A stretch of DNA of 64,000 bases, taken from assembly GCA_016742095.1 (NCBI GenBank), contig JACVCJ010000003.1, forward strand, positions 11,250-75,249. The letters are read 5' to 3'. How positions within the stretch are numbered: the first letter of the stretch is position 1; every line of letters begins with the position of its first letter. The translations under genes and the position numbers were made by a program. This DNA is from Bacteroidia bacterium. GTDB taxonomy: Bacteria; Bacteroidota; Bacteroidia; CAIKAF01. Shown one piece after another: positions 8,757-18,635 of the stretch. The notes beneath the pieces are model-generated. The model did not search any database, was not told the DNA's origin, and was given only the letters and a program-made list of their open reading frames with translations.

Positions 8757-10625
8757 GTGAGAAACAGACTGGTAACCATAAGCGTATTCACGGCAATGCT
8801 GCTGCCCCTGCAGGCACAGACGGATACCCTGCGCACCTTTGTTTTTACCGGGTCCCAGCTGCCGGCATCCATCATTCCCGCCCGCGATTCCTTTTCCACA
8901 CTGGTAAAACAGGCGCTACCCATGGCCAGTATGGCCGAATGGCTGGGACGCGAGAACGGCGTATTCATTAAAAATTACGGGCCGGGCAATATTGCCACCA
9001 TTACACAGCGCGGACTGGGCGCGGCACATACCGCCGTATTATGGCACGGCATCAATATCCAGAACAATACCCTGGGCACCATCGATTTTTCACTGATCCC
9101 CGCCAATGCCTTTTCCGCTTCGGGATGGCAGCCCGGCAACGTCAATTCCCTGGCGGGCGTAAGCGCTACGGGAGGCGCGCTGGTACTGGACCCCGGCGAG
9201 GTACGCGAAAACCAGGTGGGCATTCAGCTGGACGGCGGATCCTTCCTGAATTTCGGGCAGGCGCTGAACCTGCGTTTTACCGCAGGCCGGCATTCCATCG
9301 CCGCCAACGGCTGGCATCGTTATACGAAAAATAATTTTCCCATTCCCCGCTGGCAAGAGATGGGCCTTCCGGAAAAGAACCGTCGCAACGCACAACTGCA
9401 ACAGGGCGGCGCCACCTTCGATTACAGCTACCGCGCCGGCAAGCATATAAAACTGCTCGCCTCCCTCTGGTACGGCAACAGCAAACGCCAGGTGCCCGCA
9501 CCTATATATACCGCCGAACTCAACGCCCGGCAGAACGACCGTTTTGTTCGCGCACTGGCCGGACTGGAAGGCATATACGCAAAACATTCCTTCAGCCTGA
9601 AACAGGCTTTTATGGCCGAAGACCTGTACTATGCCGACGACGGACTGAGCCAGGGTTCCTATTCCGGCTTTTTGCAGTGGATCACCGATGCCCAGTATAA
9701 TTTCCGCATACATAAACACCACCGCCTTTTTGCAGGGGCACAATATACCTACCAGCGCGGGTTCGTGCCCGCTTACCAGGCGCCTTACATAGCGCTGCAC
9801 AACGTAAGTACGGCACTCGGTTATCTATATACGAAACCCGGCAAGGCCGATGTACGGGTATTCCTGCGTCCGGGCTGGTTCGCTTCCCGCTGGTTTGCCC
9901 TGGTGCCCCAGCTGGCCTTTACCCTGCCCTTCCGCCACGGGCTGAGCTTACATATGCAGAGCGGGCGTATCTTCCGGGCCCCTACCCTCAACGACCGCTA
10001 CTGGGTACCCGGCGGGAACCCGACCGTACTGCCGGAAGATGGCGTGGGCGGCGACCTGCAGCTGCAATGGGGAAAAGGACCCTTCAGCCTCAAAGCCGGC
10101 GCTTTTGCCAATTACCTGAAGAACCGCATTCTCTGGATCCCCGACGGCATTTACTGGAGCGTGACCAATATGGACAATACCCTGGCGGCCGGCGCCGAAA
10201 CCCGCCTGCGTTACCTGCAAAGCTGGAAAGAACACACCCTGGATATCACGGGTAACTACACCTATACCTTTACACAGCTGCTGCGCACCTCCGACAGCCT
10301 GCTGAACCGCAAGGCCCTTATCTATACCCCCGCACACCTGGCCTCACTGAGTATCTATTATCGCTGGCGTTTCCTGAGCCTGGGCTATACGCAGCGTTAT
10401 GTGTCCAGGCGTTTTATCACGGCCGACAATAACCAGTTCCTGCCCGGTTATACCACGGCAGATCTTACAGTATCGGCAGAGAAAAAATGGGAAAAACTGA
10501 GCCTGAGCGGTTACGTCACCCTCCAGAACCTTATGGACCAGTATTACGAAGTGGTGGCCCTGCGCCCCATGCCCGGCATACAGGTAACGATCGGAACAAA
10601 TATTTTAATACATATACGAAAATGA
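8757..10625 (+). CDS. btuB: TonB-dependent receptor, BtuB-like cobalamin transporter
   Basis: TonB box DTLRTFVFTG, plug motif RGLGAAHTAVLWHGINI, FRAPTLNDRYW, C-terminal PMPG strand; riboswitch context. Probable GTG start 8757 (track start 8685). Confidence 0.88.
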   Translation: MRNRLVTISVFTAMLLPLQAQTDTLRTFVFTGSQLPASIIPARDSFSTLVKQALPMASMAEWLGRENGVFIKNYGPGNIATITQRGLGAAHTAVLWHGINIQNNTLGTIDFSLIPANAFSASGWQPGNVNSLAGVSATGGALVLDPGEVRENQVGIQLDGGSFLNFGQALNLRFTAGRHSIAANGWHRYTKNNFPIPRWQEMGLPEKNRRNAQLQQGGATFDYSYRAGKHIKLLASLWYGNSKRQVPAPIYTAELNARQNDRFVRALAGLEGIYAKHSFSLKQAFMAEDLYYADDGLSQGSYSGFLQWITDAQYNFRIHKHHRLFAGAQYTYQRGFVPAYQAPYIALHNVSTALGYLYTKPGKADVRVFLRPGWFASRWFALVPQLAFTLPFRHGLSLHMQSGRIFRAPTLNDRYWVPGGNPTVLPEDGVGGDLQLQWGKGPFSLKAGAFANYLKNRILWIPDGIYWSVTNMDNTLAAGAETRLRYLQSWKEHTLDITGNYTYTFTQLLRTSDSLLNRKALIYTPAHLASLSIYYRWRFLSLGYTQRYVSRRFITADNNQFLPGYTTADLTVSAEKKWEKLSLSGYVTLQNLMDQYYEVVALRPMPGIQVTIGTNILIHIRK

Positions 10626-11560
10626 AGAAAGTAATCTTTACGCTTTTATCTGCCTGTGCCCTGCAGGCCAATGCCCAGCTGGTACAGACGGTGGTGAACT
10701 TCGACAGCGCTCCCCTCGGCCCGGAGAGTTCCATCAATGACAGTACCTTTACCTTCGATGATCTTACCTTTCACAATTACCACGATACAACCGGCTACTG
10801 GTACGGTTTTGCCCTGTCGAATACCACGGACGATACCACGGCGGGCTACGGCAACCAGTATTCCTGTATTTCGGGTTCCGGTGCTGAAAATTCGGCCAAT
10901 TACATGATCTTTTACAACGGCAACCTGGGCATGACCAAAAGCGGCAGCAAGCACTTTTTCTCCATGGATGTGAACAATACCACCCTGGCGGCGCTCAGCA
11001 TGCGCGACGGAGATGCCTTTGCCAAGAAATTCGGCGGAGCCAGCGGTAACGATCCCGACTTCCTGCTGCTGCAGATCGTAGGCTATGCCAACGGCACACA
11101 GGTGGACGACACCATTGATTTTTACCTGGCCGATTTCCGCTTCAGCAACAACGCACAGGACTATATCCTGGACAGCTGGACCACCATCGACCTCAGCAGC
11201 ATTGCCACCGCCGACAGCATTATGTTCTTCTTCCAGTCTTCGGACGTAGGCCAGTGGGGCATAAATACCCCCCTGTATTTTGCGATGGACAATATTAAGC
11301 TCATCACACCGCTTTCCGTGGAAAATGCAGAGACCATCAGCTACAACGTATGGCCGAACCCGGCGCTGAACGAGCTTTTTGTAGAGACCGGCGGAGCGGC
11401 CAGCCTCCAGGTGATCAGCCTCTCCGGGCAGGTAATGACGCAGCAGAACGCGGTTTCTTCCCCGGCCCGTATCGACCTGCAATCGCTGCAGAGCGGCGTA
11501 TATATTCTGAAGACCGAAACCGCGCATGGTTCTGCTTTTACTAAGTTTGTAAAACGATGA
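10622..11560 (+). CDS. DUF4465 (BtuJ-like) protein with T9SS C-terminal sorting domain
   Basis: SPI signal peptide; WYGFALSN..D...GYGNQYS, VNNTTLAALSMRDGDAFAKKFG, SSDVGQWGINTPLYFAMDN; CTD VWPNPA...LQSGVYILK...KFVKR. Confidence 0.85.
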   Translation: MKKVIFTLLSACALQANAQLVQTVVNFDSAPLGPESSINDSTFTFDDLTFHNYHDTTGYWYGFALSNTTDDTTAGYGNQYSCISGSGAENSANYMIFYNGNLGMTKSGSKHFFSMDVNNTTLAALSMRDGDAFAKKFGGASGNDPDFLLLQIVGYANGTQVDDTIDFYLADFRFSNNAQDYILDSWTTIDLSSIATADSIMFFFQSSDVGQWGINTPLYFAMDNIKLITPLSVENAETISYNVWPNPALNELFVETGGAASLQVISLSGQVMTQQNAVSSPARIDLQSLQSGVYILKTETAHGSAFTKFVKR

Positions 11561-12522
11561 GATATCTTTTTTTACTTCTATTCTTAAGTACAGCTCTGTT
11601 GACCCGGGCGCAGTTTGCCGCTGCCCCGGGACAGCCGGGCAGTACCGCCATGTACTGGGACAGCAGCGCTTTTACCGGCTGGGCTAACGGGTGTACGGTA
11701 CAACGCGGGTACATAAATATTTCGAACCCTTCCCTCGGCACCGTTGACCTGGGCTCTGAACAGGATGCACTGGGCCTGCCCGACGGCTCTACGGTGATCA
11801 GCCTGGGAGACAGCGGGGTGGCCGTGCTTACTTTTCCCTATCCTATACAGAATGCGGCCGGGCCCGATTTTGCCGTGTTCGAGAACGGGTTCACGAACAA
11901 TTACCTGGAACTGGCCTTTGTGGAAGTAAGTTCTGACGGGGAGCATTTCTTTCGCTTCCCGGCCATATCGCATGTGGATACGCTGACACAGCTCGATAAC
12001 TTTTCGTATAGCGATCTGACCAAAGTGCACAACTTCGCCGGCAAATACCGCGCCCTGTACGGCACACCTTTCGACCTGGACGAAGTACCCGATGATCCCG
12101 CACTGAACAAAAGCGCCGTTACGCATATACGCCTGGTAGACGTAGTGGGCTCCCTGCAGGCGCCTTACCGCAGTTACGACAACGAAGGCCGCCCGGTGAA
12201 CGATCCCTGGCCCACGGAATTTGCTTCCGGCGGATTCGACCTGGATGCCGTGGGCGTAATTCATTTTGCATTCGGCACCGGCGTTGATGAATATACGCAA
12301 AAAAGTGATGAACTGCGCGCATGGCCCAATCCGGCTACAGATCTCATTTATATACAAAATATAGGACCCGGAACTTCGTATACGCTTATCAGTAGTACCG
12401 GTTCGGTTATTCTGAACGGCAGATCAGCCTCCGGCACCCTGCAACTGCAAATGGCTGCGCTGGCTCCGGGTATATACTATTTTAAAACAGCACAACAATG
12501 CATCGCTCTTGTAAAACAGTAA
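11557..12522 (+). CDS. Secreted cell-surface protein (BtuH-like motifs) with T9SS sorting domain
   Basis: APGQ...SLGDSGVAVLTF..I.N..GPDFAVFENGF...ELAFVEVSSDG...GFDLDAVGVI; CTD AWPNPA...LAPGIYY...LVKQ; ATGA overlap. Confidence 0.75.
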   Translation: MRYLFLLLFLSTALLTRAQFAAAPGQPGSTAMYWDSSAFTGWANGCTVQRGYINISNPSLGTVDLGSEQDALGLPDGSTVISLGDSGVAVLTFPYPIQNAAGPDFAVFENGFTNNYLELAFVEVSSDGEHFFRFPAISHVDTLTQLDNFSYSDLTKVHNFAGKYRALYGTPFDLDEVPDDPALNKSAVTHIRLVDVVGSLQAPYRSYDNEGRPVNDPWPTEFASGGFDLDAVGVIHFAFGTGVDEYTQKSDELRAWPNPATDLIYIQNIGPGTSYTLISSTGSVILNGRSASGTLQLQMAALAPGIYYFKTAQQCIALVKQ

Positions 12523-13532
12523 GCTTCTGGGCCGCCGTGCTCAGCCTCGTACTTGTGTCCTGCGGCAAGGAAAAACCGCCCGTGACCGAGTTACCTTCGG
12601 AAACAGACGCGCAGGGCGTGGTTATTCTCTGCGAGGGGAATTTCGGGATGGCCAATGCCCGTATCGACTATTATGACAAATCGGACGGCGCTTTTTATGC
12701 AAACGTATTCACGGCAAAGAACAACCGCCCCCTGGGCGATGTGGTGCAAAGCGCCCTGATGCTGGACCAGAGCCTGTACGTGGTGGTAAACAATTCCGGC
12801 AAGATCGAGAAAATGAGCCGCAGCGATTTTAAATCGGAACAGACCGCCACGGGTTTTATGAGTCCGCGTTTTATCCTGCCCGTAAATGCCACAACCGCTT
12901 ATGTGAGCGACCTGTATGCCGATAAGCTGTACGTGGTAGGTCTGCCCGGCATGAACATCACCGGATCGGTAAGCCTGCCCGGCTGGACCGAAGAAATGGT
13001 GCTTGCCGAAGGGAAAGTCTTTGTATGCAACTACGAAAAAAATTACGTATATGTAATAAATACCCAGCAGCACAGCGTTACAGACAGTATTTTTACCGGC
13101 AGTACGCCCGGTTCGGTGGTGAAGGATAAATACGGTAAGCTGTGGGCGCTCTGCGGCGGAAACCTGGGCCAGACCTCCGCTTCGAAGCTGGTACAGATCG
13201 ATCCGGCCACGCATACCATACTGCAGAATATTACGCTGGATGCACAGGGTGCTTTTAAAATACGCATCAACCAGGCCGGGGAACGCCTGTATTTCCTCGG
13301 AAGCAACAAAATTTACACCATGGGCGTTTCGGAAAGTACACCGCAGGTCTTCTTCGGTGAAAGCGGCCATAACTGGTACGGATTGCGGGTAGACCCCCAG
13401 ACGGGTCATATCTGGGCGGCAGACGCTCTTTCCTACAACCAGGATGGCAAAGTGTATATACTAAAACCCGACGGAAGCCTGGACAGGTCTGTGACAACAG
13501 GCGTTATTCCTACGGATTTTCTATTCTATTAA
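12498..13532 (+). CDS. btuG: YncE/DUF5074 beta-propeller lipoprotein, BtuG-like
   Basis: Lipobox LVSC, ILCEGNFG..NA.IDYYD, LGDVVQS, YVVVNNSGKI, C-terminal TGVIPTDF; B12 operon. Confidence 0.82.
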   Translation: MHRSCKTVSFWAAVLSLVLVSCGKEKPPVTELPSETDAQGVVILCEGNFGMANARIDYYDKSDGAFYANVFTAKNNRPLGDVVQSALMLDQSLYVVVNNSGKIEKMSRSDFKSEQTATGFMSPRFILPVNATTAYVSDLYADKLYVVGLPGMNITGSVSLPGWTEEMVLAEGKVFVCNYEKNYVYVINTQQHSVTDSIFTGSTPGSVVKDKYGKLWALCGGNLGQTSASKLVQIDPATHTILQNITLDAQGAFKIRINQAGERLYFLGSNKIYTMGVSESTPQVFFGESGHNWYGLRVDPQTGHIWAADALSYNQDGKVYILKPDGSLDRSVTTGVIPTDFLFY

Positions 13533-14126
13533 TATCCGTTTTTCCGGCGGACAATAACGCAGTAATCCCTCTTTAAGGACCTGCATATACTGTGTGTCAA
13601 TATCTATCTCCCGCGAGGCAGAACTTTTTACGTGTATACTAAATATACTTCGTTTAACGTCGGCCCTCAGCATTTTAAGCTGTTCCCATGAATATACGCC
13701 GAAAAAGGCTTTAGGGCAGTAGAGGCTTTGTGCGTCGAAAAGCAGCCCGTTATTATACTCCGGGAAGGCCTTAAATAGTATATACATCAGGCCAAAGCCG
13801 GCTATATTCAGCAGGTGGATCTTATTGACCGGTTCCTCGGATACGTAATTCAGCACAGCGAAGAAGACCGAAACGATCAATAGCACCATAAAGGCGTAAT
13901 GGTCCATATAGCTTTTACCGGCGGGTATAATGTACAGGCTGCCTGATCTTTTCTGTACACGCATGTACAAAAACAGGGCCGTATAGGCCAGCAGGAAAAA
14001 GAGGTACCCTGCCCCGAAACTAAAAACAGGGATGAAATGCCGGTCCCCGGAGAACAGAATTCCGGCGAAGTACAGCAATACCAGCAGCATAAGAAGACGT
14101 TTTACCCGGACCACAGTGCGCAGCAT
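13521..14126 (-). CDS. Hypothetical membrane protein (about 4 TM plus soluble tail)
   Basis: Four hydrophobic segments; AT-richer than neighbours. Confidence 0.6.
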   Translation of the reverse strand: MLRTVVRVKRLLMLLVLLYFAGILFSGDRHFIPVFSFGAGYLFFLLAYTALFLYMRVQKRSGSLYIIPAGKSYMDHYAFMVLLIVSVFFAVLNYVSEEPVNKIHLLNIAGFGLMYILFKAFPEYNNGLLFDAQSLYCPKAFFGVYSWEQLKMLRADVKRSIFSIHVKSSASREIDIDTQYMQVLKEGLLRYCPPEKRILIE

Positions 14127-14188
14127 ATAGCTAAAATACGGCTATTTCCGGAAACCGGATGACTTCTGCTTTAATAATGTGTTCGTTT

Positions 14189-15115
14189 TCAGAGCGTATA
14201 TGCTTCGCGGAAATCGTGCACCAGCGCCACGGCACCCAGTATGGCTGCATCGTGCTCGGGCAGTGCCGAAGGCAGTATCTGCACAGTGCCCTTGAATATC
14301 TGCTGCAGGTTCTCTTCGAAATACTTTATGGTACCCGGGAAAATAAATTCCGTGGCATGGGAAAGTCCGCCGAAAAGGTATATGCATTCCGGCGAAGTGA
14401 CCGCTACGCTGTTGGCCAGCAGCAGGCCCAGGTGACGGCAGGTGATATCGAAGGCCTCGACAGCCTCCGCTTCGCCCTCGCGGGCTTTTTCGTATATGAA
14501 TCGTGAGGTGTGGTTCTCGTTTTCCCCGGTAAGTTCCCGGTAGGTGCGTACCAGGCCCGTTGCCGAACAGTAGGTCTCGGAGCAGCCTTTACGTCCGCAT
14601 CCGCAGTCCCTTCCGCCGGGATACATGATCACGTGGCCCAGTTCCCCGGCAAAACCGCTGTGCCCGTACAGGATCTTCCCGTCGGTCACAATTCCGCTGC
14701 CCAGCCCGGTACCGAGCGTAATAAAGAGAAATTCCTTTTTATTGCCTGCCGAGCCGAAACGCATTTCGCCCAGGGCGGCCGCATTGGCGTCATTGGTAAG
14801 CTGCACGGGACATTTCAGGCGGGCGGCCGTAAGTTCGGCAAAAGGTACGATGCCTTTCCAGGTAAGGTTGGGCGCGTGTTCTATGCAGCCCGACCAGATA
14901 TTGCCGTTGGGCGCGCCGATACCGCAGGCCATCAGGCGGCCTTTGAGACCCTGTACCTTGGCCTGTATCCATACGCTCAGTGCACGGATCAGTTCATGCG
15001 GCTCGGGAGAGGTGCCCGTAAGAAAGGTGTTTTTGTACACGATCCTGCCGGATGCATCTACCAGGCCCACCTGTGTGGTGGTTCCGCCTACATCGATCCC
15101 TGCCCAAAGTTCCAT
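14189..15115 (-). CDS. ROK-family sugar kinase
   Basis: GIDVGGT, NDANAAALGE, LGTGLGSG, GELGH, CGCGRKGCSE. Confidence 0.93.
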   Translation of the reverse strand: MELWAGIDVGGTTTQVGLVDASGRIVYKNTFLTGTSPEPHELIRALSVWIQAKVQGLKGRLMACGIGAPNGNIWSGCIEHAPNLTWKGIVPFAELTAARLKCPVQLTNDANAAALGEMRFGSAGNKKEFLFITLGTGLGSGIVTDGKILYGHSGFAGELGHVIMYPGGRDCGCGRKGCSETYCSATGLVRTYRELTGENENHTSRFIYEKAREGEAEAVEAFDITCRHLGLLLANSVAVTSPECIYLFGGLSHATEFIFPGTIKYFEENLQQIFKGTVQILPSALPEHDAAILGAVALVHDFREAYTL

Positions 15116-15149
15116 TTTCCCGAATTTTGTTCCAAAAGTAAAAAGGATA

Positions 15150-16553
15150 TCAGAGTTTTACACCTTGTTTTTGCAGAATTCTTTTCACGGAAACGGCATA
15201 AAAGGCCAGGTAGGCAAAACAGATAATGCCCATAACGTAGGAATAGCGTATGCCCAGGAAATTTTCGGAGGCCAGTACGCCCTGCATCAGGGAGATCCAG
15301 CCGCCGCCCATGATCATCATTACCAGGAAGGACGAACCCTGGTTGGCCGCTTTGCCCAGTCCGGCAATGGCCAGGGTAAAAATACAGGGCCAGAGCGTAG
15401 AGCAGAACAGGCCTACCGAAATAAAGGCGAATACCGAGATATAGGGATCGGGACTGAACATGCCCAGCAGCAGTGCCGCAATACCCAGCCCGCTGTACAA
15501 AAGCAGCTGCCGGGCCGCATTGCCCCTACTGATGAGATTGGCGACGATCAGTACTACGATCACCAGGGGATACCACATGAACATGCTCACGTCCTTACCG
15601 GCAATGAGATTGGCTACGATAAACAGGCCGAAAGCAGCAAAAGGCAATACCAGGCCCAGGATCTTCCTGGCCATGGACGAAAGGGAGAACGCATCGGCGG
15701 CGGCCGTCCATCGACCGATCATAAGGCTGCCCCAGAACAGGGCCACAAAGGGCGCTACGTCGCCTTCGCTGTAACCCAGTTCGTGTTTCATGAATTCGGG
15801 CAGGTTGGCCGCTGTGGACACTTCCACGCCCACGTATAAAAAAATGGCCGGCATACCCAGCAACAGCTGTGTGTAGTTCCAGGCCTTTTTCCCGCTGACT
15901 GCCGTGCCGGGTTCTTCCGTTTCTGCACGCTGCTCCGGGATACGTGATACGTAAAACACAACAGCGGCAATAACAAACAATACGCCCAGGGCCAGGTAAG
16001 GTATCTTAACGGATGATATTTCGATGGCGGCCGCATCCACGCCGGATGAGGAGCCGAATATGGCATAATTGATGATGAGCGGGGCAATGGTGGTACCTAT
16101 ATTGTTTACGCCGCCTGCCAGGGAAAGGCGTTTGTTACCGTCGGCCGGGTCGCCGATGATGACGGCCAGCGTATTGGCGGCGGTCTGTTGCAACGAAAAA
16201 CCCAGGGCCACGATAAACAGGCCGGCCAGGGTAAGTCCAAAGGAAACGTATTCGGCAGCCGGGTAGAACAGCAGGGTCCCCAGGGCGGAGACGACCAGTC
16301 CGAAGGAAATACCTTTTTTATAGCCGATGGCGTGCAGCACGTCTTTTTTAAGCAGGGCCGATATCAGCAGGTAAATAATGGAACCCGCGGTGTAGCCGAT
16401 ATAGAACACCCAGGCGATCATCATCGACTGCGACTGGCTCAGGTCCAGCTTGGCCTTGAAAACGGGGATCAGTATATCGTTCCCGGCCGCTACAAAGCCC
16501 CAGAAAAAGAAAACGGAAATAAGAGTGACGAGTGCACGGCTGTTTGTCTTCAT
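15150..16553 (-). CDS. MFS sugar transporter (FucP/GluP family)
   Basis: FFFWGF...NDILIP, LQQTAAN, FLYVGVEV, MMIMGGG; multi-TM. Confidence 0.9.
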   Translation of the reverse strand: MKTNSRALVTLISVFFFWGFVAAGNDILIPVFKAKLDLSQSQSMMIAWVFYIGYTAGSIIYLLISALLKKDVLHAIGYKKGISFGLVVSALGTLLFYPAAEYVSFGLTLAGLFIVALGFSLQQTAANTLAVIIGDPADGNKRLSLAGGVNNIGTTIAPLIINYAIFGSSSGVDAAAIEISSVKIPYLALGVLFVIAAVVFYVSRIPEQRAETEEPGTAVSGKKAWNYTQLLLGMPAIFLYVGVEVSTAANLPEFMKHELGYSEGDVAPFVALFWGSLMIGRWTAAADAFSLSSMARKILGLVLPFAAFGLFIVANLIAGKDVSMFMWYPLVIVVLIVANLISRGNAARQLLLYSGLGIAALLLGMFSPDPYISVFAFISVGLFCSTLWPCIFTLAIAGLGKAANQGSSFLVMMIMGGGWISLMQGVLASENFLGIRYSYVMGIICFAYLAFYAVSVKRILQKQGVKL

Positions 16554-16710
16554 GCAGATGTGTTTCGATGTAGCACAAAGAAAGAAATTTTCCGGATATA
16601 AGTTCCGGGCGAAGAGTAATGAGCAAGGACTTTATAGTCAGAAACCTCCGGCCGGATCCGTTTCCTCACTCTTTTACCGGACTCTTTACTCCAACCTCAT
16701 TCCTCTTTAC

Positions 16711-17127
16711 TTACTTTATCTCCACCCCCAGCTCTTCGCTGAAGAAAAAGAACACGATGGCGGCTATCCATTCGCGGCGTATGGCCATAGGCGCTTCACC
16801 GATCTTGCTGTAGCCGATGTAGATATCCCCGTCGTTCTCAATATAGCCTACTTTGTTGTATCCTTTATATACATCGCCGTCGTTCTCGATGTAACCGGCC
16901 TTGCTGTAACCTACGTAAATATCGCCGTCGTTTTCAATGTAACCTACCTTATTATAGCCTTTATATACATCGCCGTCGCTTTCGATATAGCCGACCTTGT
17001 TGTAACCGATGTAGATGTCGCCGTCCATTTCGATCTCGCCCTTGCGATTGTTGTTAATGTACAGGTACTGTGCAGAGGCAAAGGAGATACTGCTGCAGCT
17101 GAGCAGTATAAAAAAAATCAACTTCAT
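16711..17127 (-). CDS. Exported 16-aa tandem-repeat protein (beta-flower-like), paralog A
   Basis: Signal peptide, five repeats IE[MSN]DGD[IV]YxGY[NS]K[VAI]G[YE], hydrophobic C-terminal helix EWIAAIVFFFF. Confidence 0.8.
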   Translation of the reverse strand: MKLIFFILLSCSSISFASAQYLYINNNRKGEIEMDGDIYIGYNKVGYIESDGDVYKGYNKVGYIENDGDIYVGYSKAGYIENDGDVYKGYNKVGYIENDGDIYIGYSKIGEAPMAIRREWIAAIVFFFFSEELGVEIK

Positions 17128-17223
17128 ACAGATCATTATTAAAACCGTTTAAAAACAGAGTCCGTCCCTTTACTACGGACTCTCCTCTCTGAATCCCGCA
17201 CCCGGTCAGCTGTACGTTTTTCG

Positions 17224-17628
17224 TTACAGTCCCAGGTCGGAACTGAAAAAGAAGAACACCACAGCGGCTACCCATTCTCTCTTGGTAGAGGAAGAGGCCT
17301 GGCCGATCTTACTGCCGTTCTTGTAGATGTCGCCATCGCCCTCGATGTAACCGATCTTGCTGCCATTCTTGTACACGTCGCCGTCACTTTCCACGTAACC
17401 GGCCTTGCTGCCGTCCACGTAAATATCGCCGTCGTTCTCGATATAGCCTTTTTTGCTGCCGTTCACGTATACGTCGCCGTCACCTTCGATGTAACCTTTC
17501 TTGCTGCCGTTGATGTACACATCGCCGTCGCTTTCGATCTCACCTTTTTTACTGCCGTTGATGTACAGGCTCTGGGCCGATGCATAGCTCATGCTACTGC
17601 AGATCAGAATTGATAGGATCCATTTCAT
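17224..17628 (-). CDS. Exported 16-aa tandem-repeat protein (beta-flower-like), paralog B
   Basis: MKWILSIL signal peptide, five repeats [IV]E[SGN]DGD[VI]Yx[ND]GSKxG[YQ], C-terminal EWVAAVVFFFF. Confidence 0.8.
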   Translation of the reverse strand: MKWILSILICSSMSYASAQSLYINGSKKGEIESDGDVYINGSKKGYIEGDGDVYVNGSKKGYIENDGDIYVDGSKAGYVESDGDVYKNGSKIGYIEGDGDIYKNGSKIGQASSSTKREWVAAVVFFFFSSDLGL

Positions 17629-17680
17629 ATGATTGTTGTTTTTTAAGTTGCTCAAATGTACACAAAAGCGAACAGCAGCT

Positions 17681-18616
17681 TCAGAAATAACGCTTTTTTA
17701 AGAATCCGTTCTCCGGCCGGATCACGAAATACACCCCGGCAAAAATAAGCAGTCCGCCCGCCACCAGGGGCAGCGAAAGCCGGTCTTTGCCCAGGTACAG
17801 GGCCAGCAGGGCGGCCACCATAGGCTGCAGGTATACGTATACGCTCACCTGGAAGGGCTGCAGGCGTTTCAGCGCGAGGATACTGGCCAGGTAGGCAAAA
17901 TAGGTGACCGCCAGCACGGTAAACAGCAGTCCCCACCATACATGTTCGGGGAAACCGCTCCATTCGATCTGCCGGAATTGTCCGTACGAAAAAGGTAACA
18001 CAAAGCAGATACCAAAGACAAAGTTCCAGAAGATGACCACCAGCGGGTTGTATTTCTGCATGAGCGGTTTGGCCAGGGCCAGGTAAATGGCATAGGAAAG
18101 TGCGTTGAGGAACACCATCAGGTTGCCCAGGTGCGTATCGCCTGAAAAATCGCCCGCCCCGCGGGAAAGTACGATGAGTCCCACGGCACCGATGCCCCCG
18201 GTGATCATTCCGGCCCATTTGAGCACACCAGCGCGTTGTTTCAGCAGCACCAGTGAAACCAGCAGGGTAAGCAGGGGATTGGAGGTAAAAATAAGCGCCG
18301 CATTGATGGGCGTGGTATAATTAAGGCCTTCGTAAAAAAGCAGCTGGTTCATGGCCACCCCGGTAAGTCCGCACAGGATAAAACGGGGCAGATCGCTGCG
18401 TTCAGGCCAGAGGGCGGTATTTTCCAGGAAGCGGCTTTTACAGATGCGCAGCAGTACCAGGGTAATTCCAAAGAGCAGGGCTGCGGCCAGCACCCGGATC
18501 AGGATCAGGGCCGAAGGGCCCACGTACAGCGGCATAATTTCCTTGGCGACCAGGAAATTGACCCCGTAAAAAACGTTTACGAGTATCAGCAGTATATGCG
18601 GCCAGAAGCGGAACAT
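17681..18616 (-). CDS. DMT/EamA-family transporter
   Basis: Two EamA repeats, NQLLFYEGLNYTTPINAALI, YVYLQPMVA; ATG 18616. Confidence 0.9.
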   Translation of the reverse strand: MFRFWPHILLILVNVFYGVNFLVAKEIMPLYVGPSALILIRVLAAALLFGITLVLLRICKSRFLENTALWPERSDLPRFILCGLTGVAMNQLLFYEGLNYTTPINAALIFTSNPLLTLLVSLVLLKQRAGVLKWAGMITGGIGAVGLIVLSRGAGDFSGDTHLGNLMVFLNALSYAIYLALAKPLMQKYNPLVVIFWNFVFGICFVLPFSYGQFRQIEWSGFPEHVWWGLLFTVLAVTYFAYLASILALKRLQPFQVSVYVYLQPMVAALLALYLGKDRLSLPLVAGGLLIFAGVYFVIRPENGFLKKRYF

Positions 18617-18635
18617 GGCGGCAAATGTAAATATT

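Noticed and set aside
16600-16712. Degenerate GAAGAGT/ACTCTTT-like short repeats
   Set aside because: Too degenerate to define a unit by eye
16711-17628. 48-bp periodic DNA repeats as a possible CRISPR array
   Set aside because: They are in-frame coding repeats varying at synonymous sites, with no unique spacers and no cas genes
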